A DNA stretch of 61,469 nucleotides, counting the filler. It is 6 parts of 6 records of this genome, joined end to end, with 100 filler letters (N's around TTAATTAATTAA, not from the genome) between each part and the next. Parts side by side here need not be neighbours in the genome. Positions count along the whole stretch, not along the records: positions 16,468 to 30,543 come from SRR20825006_1827; 5 more parts are not named here. One strand, 5' to 3'. This document shows positions 17,452-26,560 of this stretch, in pieces (the first letter of the stretch is position 1; every line of letters begins with the position of its first letter). The notes beneath the pieces are model-generated. The model worked only from the letters and a program-made list of their open reading frames with translations. It was not told the origin of the DNA and made no database searches. The translations under genes and the position numbers were made by a program.

Positions 17452-19287
17452 GGCAGAGACCTGTTCGCGCAACACGGCCGCGGTCAAAGACGCCATCAGA
17501 TAAATGCCCGAAAACAGCAGCATCGACAAAAGTGTGCTTTCGAATTTGCGCGGATAGGTGGGTTCGTCCGGGGCGATGGGACGCGAGGACAGGGACAGGT
17601 AGCGTACCTGACGGTTGGCCTCGATCCGCGCCATTTCGAGCGATTGAATGGCCTGTTGGGCCATCGTCTGACGGGTGGCAAGGTCCACCTCCGCCATCCG
17701 CAATTCTGCGGAAATGCGTGCCAAGGACCCCGACGCACCTGTGGCCTGTGTCAACTGCGAGCGCAGTTCGGCAATCAGCGTTTCAAGGCGGCCAATGTCG
17801 CCACGGGTGCCATCGACGCGGGCCTGGTTCGGACGCGGGTTGTCCAAAAGCTGTTGCAGTTGCAGTTTCTTTTCCTGAAGCTGGGTTTCAAAGCCAGACA
17901 CCTGACCCATGATCGCCGCCGTTTCGGCATCGGGCGAGATAATGCCAAGCTGTTCTTGCAGAAGAACCACTTTTTCTTGCGCCGCTTTCATTTTGGCTTC
18001 GGCGTCATCAAGACTTTCACGCGCGCCTTTCATTTGGTCTTCGCGCATCCGCTGGGTCAGATGATCCACGCTTTCCTCGGCATATTCGACCAACATGTCA
18101 CTGAACAATTGAGAGGTCTGGGGCGTCGCCGCGACCACCTCCATTTTCAAAAGCCCTTCGGTCGGATCATAGCCGATGCTGACGCGATCCTGGTAGACTT
18201 TATAGGCTTGTTCATTGGTCGGGTTTTGCGGCAGGCGTTGGATCGGGTCAATCGCGTCAGAGGAAAAATGCGCCTTAAACCCGGCGTCCGCATCCAGACG
18301 CAACATGGCGTCGCGGCTTTCAAGAAACTCCTGAACCGCGATCGAATCCTGAGCGCCACCCAGCCCAGACGCGCCCATAAGGCCGCCCAAACCGCCAGCC
18401 CCCCCGGCGGAATCCGCCTGTTGGATCAAAAACGCCGACTGCGTGGCGTACATGGGCGTTGCGATTGTATAGAAATAAATACCGGCCAGGATCGTTGGAA
18501 TGCCAACAAACACGGCCAAACGCGCGATCAAAAGCACCATTTTGCGCCGCCGCCGCCGCGCGATGTCGCGTTGAATGGTGGAAATCTCGTCTTCTCGGGT
18601 CAGCCGTTCCAAAATATCTTTGGACGGCAGTTTTGGGGCGTTGTCGATGGTCTTCGGAAGTTTTGGGCCCTCGGTGGTAGTCAACTCCCGTGAGGGCGGT
18701 TTGCCCTCGGTCGTGACCAGATCCAATATCGCGGCGCGTTGAAACGGATCAATCCCCTGTTTGCGCAACTGACGCACCGCGTCAAAATCAGAAGTGGCCG
18801 CAATGCCGTGCTTTTGCGCCACACGCCGCGCCATGCGCAATTGGCGCCCGGTCAGGCCCTCGCGGCGGATGGCGTCAATTTCGGCGTCAATGCTGGCCTC
18901 ATCCGCGGGGGTGACATCGCCGGTCAGCGCCGTGTTGGTGTCTGTGGTTTGGCCAAGGGCGCGGGCTACGCCGCCTTTGATCCGGCCCCCGCGCCCCGTG
19001 GCGGAGGGGGCCGCGTTTTGGGTCTCGGTTCCGGGCGTTTTTTGCGGCGTTTTTTGTGCTGCCGCTTGTGCCGCCGCGGACCCGGCAAAAGGTGCATCGC
19101 CAAAGCCATCGGCGCTGGCGTCATTGTCAAACAATTTGTCGTCATCAAAGGCCTTAGTTGCCGCTTCTTTTGACGGGGCTTGGCCTGTGGCATCGACGAT
19201 GGGGGTCTCTCCCCCTTGTACGGCGGGCGTTGCGGCCCGCGGCGCGCGGCGCACCCGGAATTTTTGAGCTTTAACCTTCGTAGTCAT
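17449..19287 (-). CDS. kpsE: Capsular polysaccharide export protein (KpsE/BexC family) with a long N-terminal extension
   Basis: TM followed by YTIATPMYATQSAF, EFLESRDAM, coiled coils, PIAPDEPTYPRK and a C-terminal TM; adjacent to kpsT. Confidence 0.85.
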   Translation of the reverse strand: MTTKVKAQKFRVRRAPRAATPAVQGGETPIVDATGQAPSKEAATKAFDDDKLFDNDASADGFGDAPFAGSAAAQAAAQKTPQKTPGTETQNAAPSATGRGGRIKGGVARALGQTTDTNTALTGDVTPADEASIDAEIDAIRREGLTGRQLRMARRVAQKHGIAATSDFDAVRQLRKQGIDPFQRAAILDLVTTEGKPPSRELTTTEGPKLPKTIDNAPKLPSKDILERLTREDEISTIQRDIARRRRRKMVLLIARLAVFVGIPTILAGIYFYTIATPMYATQSAFLIQQADSAGGAGGLGGLMGASGLGGAQDSIAVQEFLESRDAMLRLDADAGFKAHFSSDAIDPIQRLPQNPTNEQAYKVYQDRVSIGYDPTEGLLKMEVVAATPQTSQLFSDMLVEYAEESVDHLTQRMREDQMKGARESLDDAEAKMKAAQEKVVLLQEQLGIISPDAETAAIMGQVSGFETQLQEKKLQLQQLLDNPRPNQARVDGTRGDIGRLETLIAELRSQLTQATGASGSLARISAELRMAEVDLATRQTMAQQAIQSLEMARIEANRQVRYLSLSSRPIAPDEPTYPRKFESTLLSMLLFSGIYLMASLTAAVLREQVSA

Positions 19288-19924
19288 AGAGCGCCTTGGC
19301 CTCTTCCAATGTGTCGAACATGTAAAGCTTGCCGTTTCTCAAAACAGCCGCCGAACGACAGAATTTCTCAAGCGTGGCGGCCTGATGCGACACCACGATG
19401 ATGGTGGCATGTTCAAGCCGCTCGCGCAGAATGCTCCCCGCTTTACGGTTGAAATTCACATCCGCCGTCGACGGCATGCCTTCGTCGATCAGGTAGATGT
19501 CAAAATCAAGCGCCAGCAAAAGCGCAAAAGACAGGCGGGATCGCATCCCCGCCGAATAAGTTGCCACCGGCATATCAAAATATTCTTTGAGCTCACAGAG
19601 CCAACGGCAGAAGGCCTCGACATAATCGGGATCGAGATCGTAAAGCTCGGCGATAAAGCGGACGTTTTCGCGCGCGGTGTGTTTGCCGATCAGCCCGCCC
19701 ATGAACCCAAGTGGGAAAGACACACGACAGCCACGGCGAATTTCGCCCTCGTCGGGTTTTTCCAAACCACTCATCATGTTGATGATCGTGGTCTTGCCGG
19801 TGCCGTTCGGGGCAAGGATGCCAAGACTGTTGCCAAGTTCCACGCGAAAAGACGCGCGATCAAGGATCACCTTGCGCTGCGTCCCAGTCCAAAAGGACTT
19901 ACTCACATTGTCGAACTCGAGCAT
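19271..19924 (-). CDS. kpsT: Capsular polysaccharide ABC exporter ATP-binding protein
   Basis: Walker A APNGTGKT, signature YSAGM, Walker B YLIDE, FDMPV motif. Confidence 0.88.
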   Translation of the reverse strand: MLEFDNVSKSFWTGTQRKVILDRASFRVELGNSLGILAPNGTGKTTIINMMSGLEKPDEGEIRRGCRVSFPLGFMGGLIGKHTARENVRFIAELYDLDPDYVEAFCRWLCELKEYFDMPVATYSAGMRSRLSFALLLALDFDIYLIDEGMPSTADVNFNRKAGSILRERLEHATIIVVSHQAATLEKFCRSAAVLRNGKLYMFDTLEEAKALYDYEG

Positions 19925-20134
19925 AGTTACGCGCCCTGATACTGCCTACACACCACCCTTAACGGGTTTTTGTTAATGGGGCGTCTTAATCCGCCATTTT
20001 GTCGAAATTATGCCGAGACGCCCGCGATAAATCCATCTCAGACTGCTTTCATGTGGCAACAATGAGGCCAAACCAGCGTATAGCCCCTGTGGTTTGGCCT
20101 CATTTTAGAAACGATTCCGTGATTTTAGCGTGTT

Positions 20135-21415
20135 TTACGCCGATTGTTTCTGAACGCGGCACAGTTTGCCGGCGACAATCGAGATGATCGCGGCGGCGAA
20201 GGAGAACAGCGCGCCCATCTTGGCGGCGGCCTGAACCGGGGTTGACCCAAGCATCGTATCGGCGTCAAAGGCGACCGAGGCGATAAACAGCGACACGGTA
20301 AAGCCGATGGCGGCGACACAGCCGATCACCAAGAGATCAATCGTGCGCATCCCGGCCGGAAGGCCCAGTCGGAACACATGCGCCGCCAGCGCGCCCATGA
20401 TCAGGATGCCCACAGGTTTGCCGATCAACAGCCCGCCCAAAACCAGCCATGTCGGATCACCGATGGCGTTGAATTCCACACCGGCATTGAGCAGGCCAAA
20501 GAAAAACAGAATGATTTCAACCGGGGTTTTCAGCTTGTGTTCGATGTCGTTCAACAGATCGGAGAGGTGTTGTTCGGCATCGGCAAACAGGCCAAAGGCG
20601 CGGTCGGCATGCGGGATGGTCGGAACAATCGGCAACAGGCCCAAAGCCGGGTGAATACCGGCGCGCATGAAGCCGTACCACGAGATACAGGCGGCAATCA
20701 GATAGGGCCAATAGGACAGGGACTGGCGCACCCAGGTCGAGGTTGGGCGGACTTCTTTGCCGGCGTCCAGTTTGCGCGGCAACCAGTTGGCCAGCACAAA
20801 AACCAGCACAGCAGCGGCGATAGAGAGCAACAGCCACTGAACGGCCAATTCACCGGTCGGATAGAAGATTGCCAAGATCACAAGGCCCGCCGCATCATCG
20901 GCGATGGCCAAAAGCAACAGAAAGCGCACGGCAGGGTGCCCCGCGCCAAAGACAATCCGGCCGACGAGATAGGAAAACGCGATATCGGTGGCGGTGGGCA
21001 CGGCCCAGCCGTTTTTGACCGCATCATAGGTGTCCGAGCCCAAAACCATCGCCAGTCCAAGATAGACCGCAATCGGCCCCAACATCCCACCCAAGGTGGC
21101 GATCAGGGGGGTGGCGGCTTTTTTGCCTCGCAAAGAGCCGTTTTTGAGGATCACAGCCTCCCAGACCTCTTTTGCGGCAATGGCAAAGAAGAAGGCCATG
21201 AGCACGTCGTTGAACAGGTAATGCAGGGTCAGGGTCCGGTGAACATGTCCGGCCTCATCCATATGCGGATGACCGATAAAGAAATTTTCCGCCAGAGGGT
21301 ACTCGACGAAGGCGTGGTAGGACTGCGCATCCGTGTTTGCCCAGATCAACGCAAGAACTGCGCCGATGATCAGCAAAAGCGAATAGTTCGTGACGAAATT
21401 CCAGACCTTGTACAT
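20135..21415 (-). CDS. nhaA: Na+/H+ antiporter NhaA
   Basis: NDVLMAFFF, GWAVPTATDIAF, LAIADD, GLLIGKPVGI, IGFTVSLFIA; start moved to MYKVWN (21415, GGAGG RBS). Confidence 0.93.
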   Translation of the reverse strand: MYKVWNFVTNYSLLLIIGAVLALIWANTDAQSYHAFVEYPLAENFFIGHPHMDEAGHVHRTLTLHYLFNDVLMAFFFAIAAKEVWEAVILKNGSLRGKKAATPLIATLGGMLGPIAVYLGLAMVLGSDTYDAVKNGWAVPTATDIAFSYLVGRIVFGAGHPAVRFLLLLAIADDAAGLVILAIFYPTGELAVQWLLLSIAAAVLVFVLANWLPRKLDAGKEVRPTSTWVRQSLSYWPYLIAACISWYGFMRAGIHPALGLLPIVPTIPHADRAFGLFADAEQHLSDLLNDIEHKLKTPVEIILFFFGLLNAGVEFNAIGDPTWLVLGGLLIGKPVGILIMGALAAHVFRLGLPAGMRTIDLLVIGCVAAIGFTVSLFIASVAFDADTMLGSTPVQAAAKMGALFSFAAAIISIVAGKLCRVQKQSA

Positions 21416-21488
21416 ATGTGCCCTCCGATCCCTGTACCCATGCGTGCTTGGGGAATAATCCAAGCAAGGGGGTAGGGCAAGCATGCAA

Positions 21489-21513
21489 ACCCCTGTTGCC
21501 GTCGAACAGGGGT
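21489..21513 (-). terminator. Stem-loop downstream of the permease, upstream of nhaA
   Basis: Minus strand ACCCCTGTT-CGACGGC-AACAGGGGT followed by TT. Confidence 0.5.
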
Positions 21514-21542
21514 CAGTTTTCATGGCGATTTCCAAGAGTTGA

Positions 21543-22580
21543 TCAGAAAATAGTCTGGAAACCGGTCCAGATTATTCCGGCCAGCACCGCCCCGATGAGG
21601 GCAAAGCCGATATAGGCGGCAAAGACGCGCGGTTTGACCAGTGCCCAGACCGCTACCGCCGCCGGGATGCAGGAAATGCCGCCCGCCACCATGAAAGCCA
21701 TCGCCGCGCCACCAGACATGCCTTGGGACAAAAGCCCGGACATCAGGGGCACGGCGGCATAGCCATTGAGATAGGCGGGTGCACCGATGGCGGCTCCGAT
21801 CAGGATGGGGCGTAGGCCGGTACCGCCCATCACTGAGGCGATCATATCAGCAGGTACATAGCGGATCATCACCGCCTCAAGCACATAGGCAACCAACATC
21901 CATTTGCCAAGAAACATCAGGTTTTCACGAAAATTGCCGCGGAAACTCTCGATGCGCTTGGACTCGGTCCAGACCTTCCAGTTTGGCGTGCCTCGCAACG
22001 CGGTCGACGCACACCGAGACGGCGCGGCGCGCGGTTTCAAAGGGGCCGCGAACAGCGCGGTGCCACCCATGAGTTTGACGCCAAAGCCGCCCATGAGGCC
22101 AATGCAGACCGCAGCGAGGGTTTTGGCGATGGCAAAGTCCACGCCCAACCCGTTGGCCGTGACGATGAACATGGCCGGGTCCATCAATGGCGAGGCCAAC
22201 CAAAAGGCCATGACGGCAGAGAGCGGTACACCAACGGCCAAGGCCCCGGCAATAAAGGGAATGACCTGACAAGAGCAGAACGGCGACACACCACCAACAA
22301 TTGCGGCCACCATGATCATGCGCAACTCGCGACCTTCGAAAGCCTTGGACAGCAATGTCTCTGCACCGGAGGCTTTGACATAGGCCGTGGCGAGAATGGC
22401 AAACAGCAAAAACGGTGCCGCCGCCCAAAGCGCCTCTGCCGTAAAGAGAATCGTGTCCCACAGCGCCGAGGTGTCAAACAGCGCGACGGCCAAAAGGACC
22501 AAACCCGCGAGCAACAGGGCTTTGTCGGTCTTTTTCCACAGCATCGGGAGTTTCGGCGGGGTTTGGCTGAGATCAGTCAT
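21543..22580 (-). CDS. DUF318/ArsP-family permease
   Basis: Multiple TM segments; SPFCSCQVIP, FWLASPLMDP and APAYLN motifs; coupled to arsR. Confidence 0.85.
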   Translation of the reverse strand: MTDLSQTPPKLPMLWKKTDKALLLAGLVLLAVALFDTSALWDTILFTAEALWAAAPFLLFAILATAYVKASGAETLLSKAFEGRELRMIMVAAIVGGVSPFCSCQVIPFIAGALAVGVPLSAVMAFWLASPLMDPAMFIVTANGLGVDFAIAKTLAAVCIGLMGGFGVKLMGGTALFAAPLKPRAAPSRCASTALRGTPNWKVWTESKRIESFRGNFRENLMFLGKWMLVAYVLEAVMIRYVPADMIASVMGGTGLRPILIGAAIGAPAYLNGYAAVPLMSGLLSQGMSGGAAMAFMVAGGISCIPAAVAVWALVKPRVFAAYIGFALIGAVLAGIIWTGFQTIF

Positions 22581-22942
22581 GACACTGGTCCTTCATGGCA
22601 ATGGGCCTCTGGGGTACAGGTGTCTGCGTCGCAATCGGCGCAGCATTCGGACAGAAGGGCGGATAAAAGCCCCTCCAACTCATCGTAATCGGCCGCGATA
22701 CACAGAATAGATCGCCCGTGGCGCTCTTGTGTCACAAGCTTTGTGGCCGCGAGGATTTTCATGTGATGGGTCAGGGTCGCGCCGGTGATCCCGGTGCGCT
22801 CTCCCAGCGTGCCAATGGTCAATCCCTTTGGACCCGCTCGCACCAAAGTGCGCAACACGGTGAGGCGTTGTTCGGAGCCAAGGGCGGCAAAGGTGCTTGC
22901 CGCTTCGGCTATGGAAATGTCGTCAGAATGGGGGGCGCTCAT
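22577..22942 (-). CDS. ArsR/SmtB-family repressor with C-terminal vicinal cysteines
   Basis: FAALGSEQRL...LTHHMKILAATKLV wHTH; C-terminal ECCADCDADTC. Confidence 0.88.
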   Translation of the reverse strand: MSAPHSDDISIAEAASTFAALGSEQRLTVLRTLVRAGPKGLTIGTLGERTGITGATLTHHMKILAATKLVTQERHGRSILCIAADYDELEGLLSALLSECCADCDADTCTPEAHCHEGPVS

Positions 22943-22967
22943 GGCGGAGTTTCCTGTGCGTATCTGT

Positions 22968-23007
22968 GATTCATTTTCATAATTCTAGAAATATAAAAAT
23001 GAGTCAA
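22968..23007 (-). promoter_or_regulatory. ArsR operator/promoter
   Basis: 38-bp imperfect palindrome centred on TTCTAGAA (22968-23005, 16 of 19 pairs); minus-strand TTGACT-N17-AATTAT overlaps it. Confidence 0.72.
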
Positions 23008-23043
23008 GTGGTCAAACCCAAACCGATGCGCTAAAACAAATCC

Positions 23044-23643
23044 ATGAGCCTGACCCAAGAGATACGCGCCTGTCGCCTCTGTACCGACCGGTTTGCCGCC
23101 ACGGCAACTGCCCACACACCGCGCCCTGTGGTGTGGTTTCGCCCCTCTGCGCGCATTTTGATCGCCGGACAGGCACCGGGTGCGCGGGTCCATGACAGTG
23201 GGCGGCCCTTTACCGATCCGTCGGGGGACCGGTTGCGCGCATGGCTTGGGCTGGATGAGGAAACGTTTTATGACCGCGACCGCATTGCCATCGTGCCGAT
23301 GGGGTTTTGTTTTCCGGGCTATGACGCCAAAGGCGCGGATATTCCGCCGCCCAGACTGTGCCGCGAGACATGGCACGATCAGGTGATGACCGCGTTGGGC
23401 GAGGTGGATCTGATCTTGCCCGTGGGGCTGCATGCGATCCGCTATCACCTTGGGGTGAAAACTGCGTTGACAGAGACAGTGCGCAATTGGCGCGACTGGC
23501 GCAATCATGCGCCGCGCGTCTTTCCCTTGCCTCATCCGTCTTGGCGCAATACGGGTTGGCTTAAGAAAAACCCGTGGTTTGAGGCCGAACTTTTGCCCGA
23601 GCTGCGCGTCTGCCTTCGGGCCAGCCTTAAGGACCTGCCATGA
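23044..23643 (+). CDS. Uracil-DNA glycosylase family protein
   Basis: ACRLC, GQAPG, FCFPG and LPHPSWRN motifs. Confidence 0.9.
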   Translation: MSLTQEIRACRLCTDRFAATATAHTPRPVVWFRPSARILIAGQAPGARVHDSGRPFTDPSGDRLRAWLGLDEETFYDRDRIAIVPMGFCFPGYDAKGADIPPPRLCRETWHDQVMTALGEVDLILPVGLHAIRYHLGVKTALTETVRNWRDWRNHAPRVFPLPHPSWRNTGWLKKNPWFEAELLPELRVCLRASLKDLP

Positions 23644-24443
23644 CCGAACTCACTGCTTCCGCACAGACCCCCATTGACCGTGCCCATGCCGCGATGCAAG
23701 CCGCCCCGGATGACGACACCGCCCGGTTGCGGTTTTTTGAACGTGTCGCGGATGGCGAATGGTTTTTGCTTTTGGACGAAGAACATGACGGCGAAGGTCC
23801 GATCACGCCCAAAGTGTTTCCGGTCGAAGAGGATCAGTTCGTCTTGGCCTTTGACCGTGAACAGCGTTTGGCCGAATTCGCCGGTGGCGCGCCCTATGCG
23901 GCGATGTCCGGGCGGGTGCTGACCGAAATGTTGGCGGGCTCTGGCTTTGGCTTGGGGTTGAACCTGTCTGTGGCCCCTTCCGAAATGCTCTTGCCGGGGA
24001 CTGCGGTCGATTGGCTGCACGCCACTCTGGGCAATGCCCCCGCTGAGACCCATGGCAAAGCCAAAGAGATTTTTCCGCCGCATGGCCTGCCCGAGATTTT
24101 GGTCACCGCGCTGGACGCCAAACTGGCGATTGCGGGTGGATTGGCGCGGTTGGTCTACCTGTCAGGGGTGACATACGAGGACGGGGTGCGCTCGCATCTC
24201 TTGGCCTTCGTTGATCACATTCCCGGTTCCGAAGATGTCTTGGCGCGGCTTGTGTCCGAGGCGTTGATTTTTTCGGGCGTCGAGGCCGGGGCGCTGGATG
24301 TGGCGTTTTTCAAATCCTCCGATCCGCTCTGTGCCGCCTTTGCCCGTTTTGGCCTGCGGTTCGATTTGCCAGACCCCGAACCATTGCAAACCGGCCCCGC
24401 CGCGCCCGGCATGGACCCGAATGCCCCGCCGAAACTGCGGTGA
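23640..24443 (+). CDS. SseB-family protein
   Basis: Acidic N-domain with VLAFDREQRL, GLGLNL; C-terminal APGMDPNAPPKLR; usual roseobacter position between UDG and ghrA. Confidence 0.75.
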   Translation: MTELTASAQTPIDRAHAAMQAAPDDDTARLRFFERVADGEWFLLLDEEHDGEGPITPKVFPVEEDQFVLAFDREQRLAEFAGGAPYAAMSGRVLTEMLAGSGFGLGLNLSVAPSEMLLPGTAVDWLHATLGNAPAETHGKAKEIFPPHGLPEILVTALDAKLAIAGGLARLVYLSGVTYEDGVRSHLLAFVDHIPGSEDVLARLVSEALIFSGVEAGALDVAFFKSSDPLCAAFARFGLRFDLPDPEPLQTGPAAPGMDPNAPPKLR

Positions 24444-24482
24444 TGTGAGTATTTAGGTCACGGTAAAGGGGGGCTGCGGGGC

Positions 24483-25415
24483 TCAGTAACCGGCCGCGCG
24501 ATCGACCAGATGTAAAAACGGTTCACCCGCCTCGCCACGGCGAATGTTTTCCGCAATGACCTCTGAGGCGGTTTTTGCGCGGGTTTCCGCGGCGATATGC
24601 GGCGTGACGGTGACGCTGGGGTGAGCCCAATAGGGGTGCTCTTGCGGCAAGGGTTCGGTGCGGAACACGTCCAAAGTGGCGTGACCGATCTGGCCTGCGT
24701 CCAAGGCGGTCAGCAGGGCATCATCGTCGATCAAACTGCCACGTCCGGGATTCACGATCCGTGCGCCCTTGGGCAAAAGCGCCAGTGTTTCTGCGTTCAG
24801 AGTGTTTTCCGTCTGTGGCGTGTTGGGCAGCAACAGCACGACGATTTCTCCGGTCTTTAACGCCGATTTGAGGCCTTCGGGGCCGTTGACACAGGTCAGG
24901 CCTGCGATCTGTTTCGGACGCCGCGACCATCCCGTGACGTGAAAGCCAAGGGCGGCCAGCGCCCGCGCGCAGCTTTGTCCCAGTTCACCCAAACCCAGCA
25001 CCGTGACAGAGCGGTCGCGCGCCAAAGGCGGGGTGATGTGATCCCATGCGCCATTGAGGCCATGAATATGACGGTCCATCCCAAGGTGATAGCGCATCAC
25101 ATGCCCGACCACATAATCGCGCATCCCCTCCGCCAGGCCGGGATCGACCATTCGGCAGAGCGGCTGGGTGAGCGTGGGGTTGGGGGCGATTTTTTCGACG
25201 CCTGCCCAGAGGCTTAGAACCGCTTTGGTGCGGGTGTAGGGGGTGAAATCCGTGAGCATGTCGTTCGGGGCATAGAGGATGTAATCGACCGCATCCGGGC
25301 CGGCGCTGCGCGTCAGATCGGCGTCAATCCCCGCCGTTTTGAGCGCCTGAGGCAGCACCGTTTCATAGGCGGGCCATGTCCGATCCGGGGCGGAAAACAA
25401 CAGGGTCAGGGTCAT
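24483..25415 (-). CDS. ghrA: Glyoxylate/hydroxypyruvate reductase A (D-2-hydroxyacid dehydrogenase)
   Basis: GLGELG, NPGRG, LDVFRTEPLP, TPHIAA; start MTLTLL at 25415 overlaps the rodA stop. Confidence 0.88.
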   Translation of the reverse strand: MTLTLLFSAPDRTWPAYETVLPQALKTAGIDADLTRSAGPDAVDYILYAPNDMLTDFTPYTRTKAVLSLWAGVEKIAPNPTLTQPLCRMVDPGLAEGMRDYVVGHVMRYHLGMDRHIHGLNGAWDHITPPLARDRSVTVLGLGELGQSCARALAALGFHVTGWSRRPKQIAGLTCVNGPEGLKSALKTGEIVVLLLPNTPQTENTLNAETLALLPKGARIVNPGRGSLIDDDALLTALDAGQIGHATLDVFRTEPLPQEHPYWAHPSVTVTPHIAAETRAKTASEVIAENIRRGEAGEPFLHLVDRAAGY

Positions 25416-26560
25416 CGTTTGCCCCTTGGGCGATGGATATGCGCTGATTGGACGATGCCGAAGGCGGCCAAAAGCACCAGCATGGCAGAGCCGCCATAGG
25501 ACACGAGTGGCAAAGGTACGCCAACCACGGGAGCAAGCCCCATGACCATCGACATATTGACTGCGAAAAACAGGAAAAACGTTGCCGCGATGCCGATGGT
25601 CACCAGCGCACCAAAGCGATCTTTGTTGTTCATCGCCGAGACAAGACAAAACAGGACAATCCCCGCATAGAGTGCCAAAAGGGAGATGCCGCCGATAAAG
25701 CCGAATTCTTCGGCCAGGGTGGTAAAGATAAAGTCGGTGTGTTTTTCAGGTAGGAAATTCAACCGGCTCTGCGTGCCCTGCATAAACCCGCGACCTGTCC
25801 AACCACCTGATCCCAAAGCAATTTTCGATTGAGTGATGTGATAGCCCGCCCCCAAGGGATCGGTGGAGGGATCGAGAAACGTATCAATCCGGGCAAATTG
25901 ATAGTCTTTCAAAAGCTGCCAAGAGGTGCCGCGCGAGGCGAACACAGCGCCGACAAGACCAACCGCAATACCGGCGACGGCGGCGAAATACCACCAACTG
26001 ACGCCAGCGGCGAACATCACGATGGCCCCACCCGCGAGCAACAGGATCGAAGTGCCAAGATCGGGTTGTTTGAGCACCAAAGCCGTGGGCACAAGGATCA
26101 ACACAACAGGGATCAAGACCCACAACGGCTTTGAGACCTTGTCGATGTCGAGCCAGTCGTAATAGGCCGCCAACAACATCACCAGCGAGATTTTCATCAA
26201 TTCGGAGGGCTGAAGTTTGATTGGCCCGAGATCAATCCACCGTTGTGCACCCATGCCGACATGGCCGAAAAATTCGACGAAAATCAACAGCATAAACGAG
26301 GCGATATAGGCCAGGCCGGCGATGTTGCGCCAAAACCAGATCGGCACCATGCCGATCATCAACATCGCCACCATGCCAAGGGCAAAGCGTTTCATCTGTG
26401 GCTCGGCCCAGGGTTGAAACGACCCTCCCGCATTGGAATAGAGCATCAAAAACCCGACCGAGGCGGCGGCGGACAGCAACAGGACCAGCGCCCAGTTGAC
26501 ATAAAGGACTTTTGACAGACCGGTTGGGATGGTCTTGAGGGTGCTTTCAAGATAGCTCAT
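25412..26560 (-). CDS. rodA: Rod shape-determining SEDS protein RodA
   Basis: GAQRW, QPSELMK, QPDLGT, FLPEKHTDFIF, SYGGS. Confidence 0.96.
   Translation of the reverse strand: MSYLESTLKTIPTGLSKVLYVNWALVLLLSAAASVGFLMLYSNAGGSFQPWAEPQMKRFALGMVAMLMIGMVPIWFWRNIAGLAYIASFMLLIFVEFFGHVGMGAQRWIDLGPIKLQPSELMKISLVMLLAAYYDWLDIDKVSKPLWVLIPVVLILVPTALVLKQPDLGTSILLLAGGAIVMFAAGVSWWYFAAVAGIAVGLVGAVFASRGTSWQLLKDYQFARIDTFLDPSTDPLGAGYHITQSKIALGSGGWTGRGFMQGTQSRLNFLPEKHTDFIFTTLAEEFGFIGGISLLALYAGIVLFCLVSAMNNKDRFGALVTIGIAATFFLFFAVNMSMVMGLAPVVGVPLPLVSYGGSAMLVLLAAFGIVQSAHIHRPRGKR

Noticed and set aside
19958-19990. TTAA repeats upstream of kpsT as a CtrA box
   Set aside because: Spacings are 10 and 9 nt rather than 7; at most half sites
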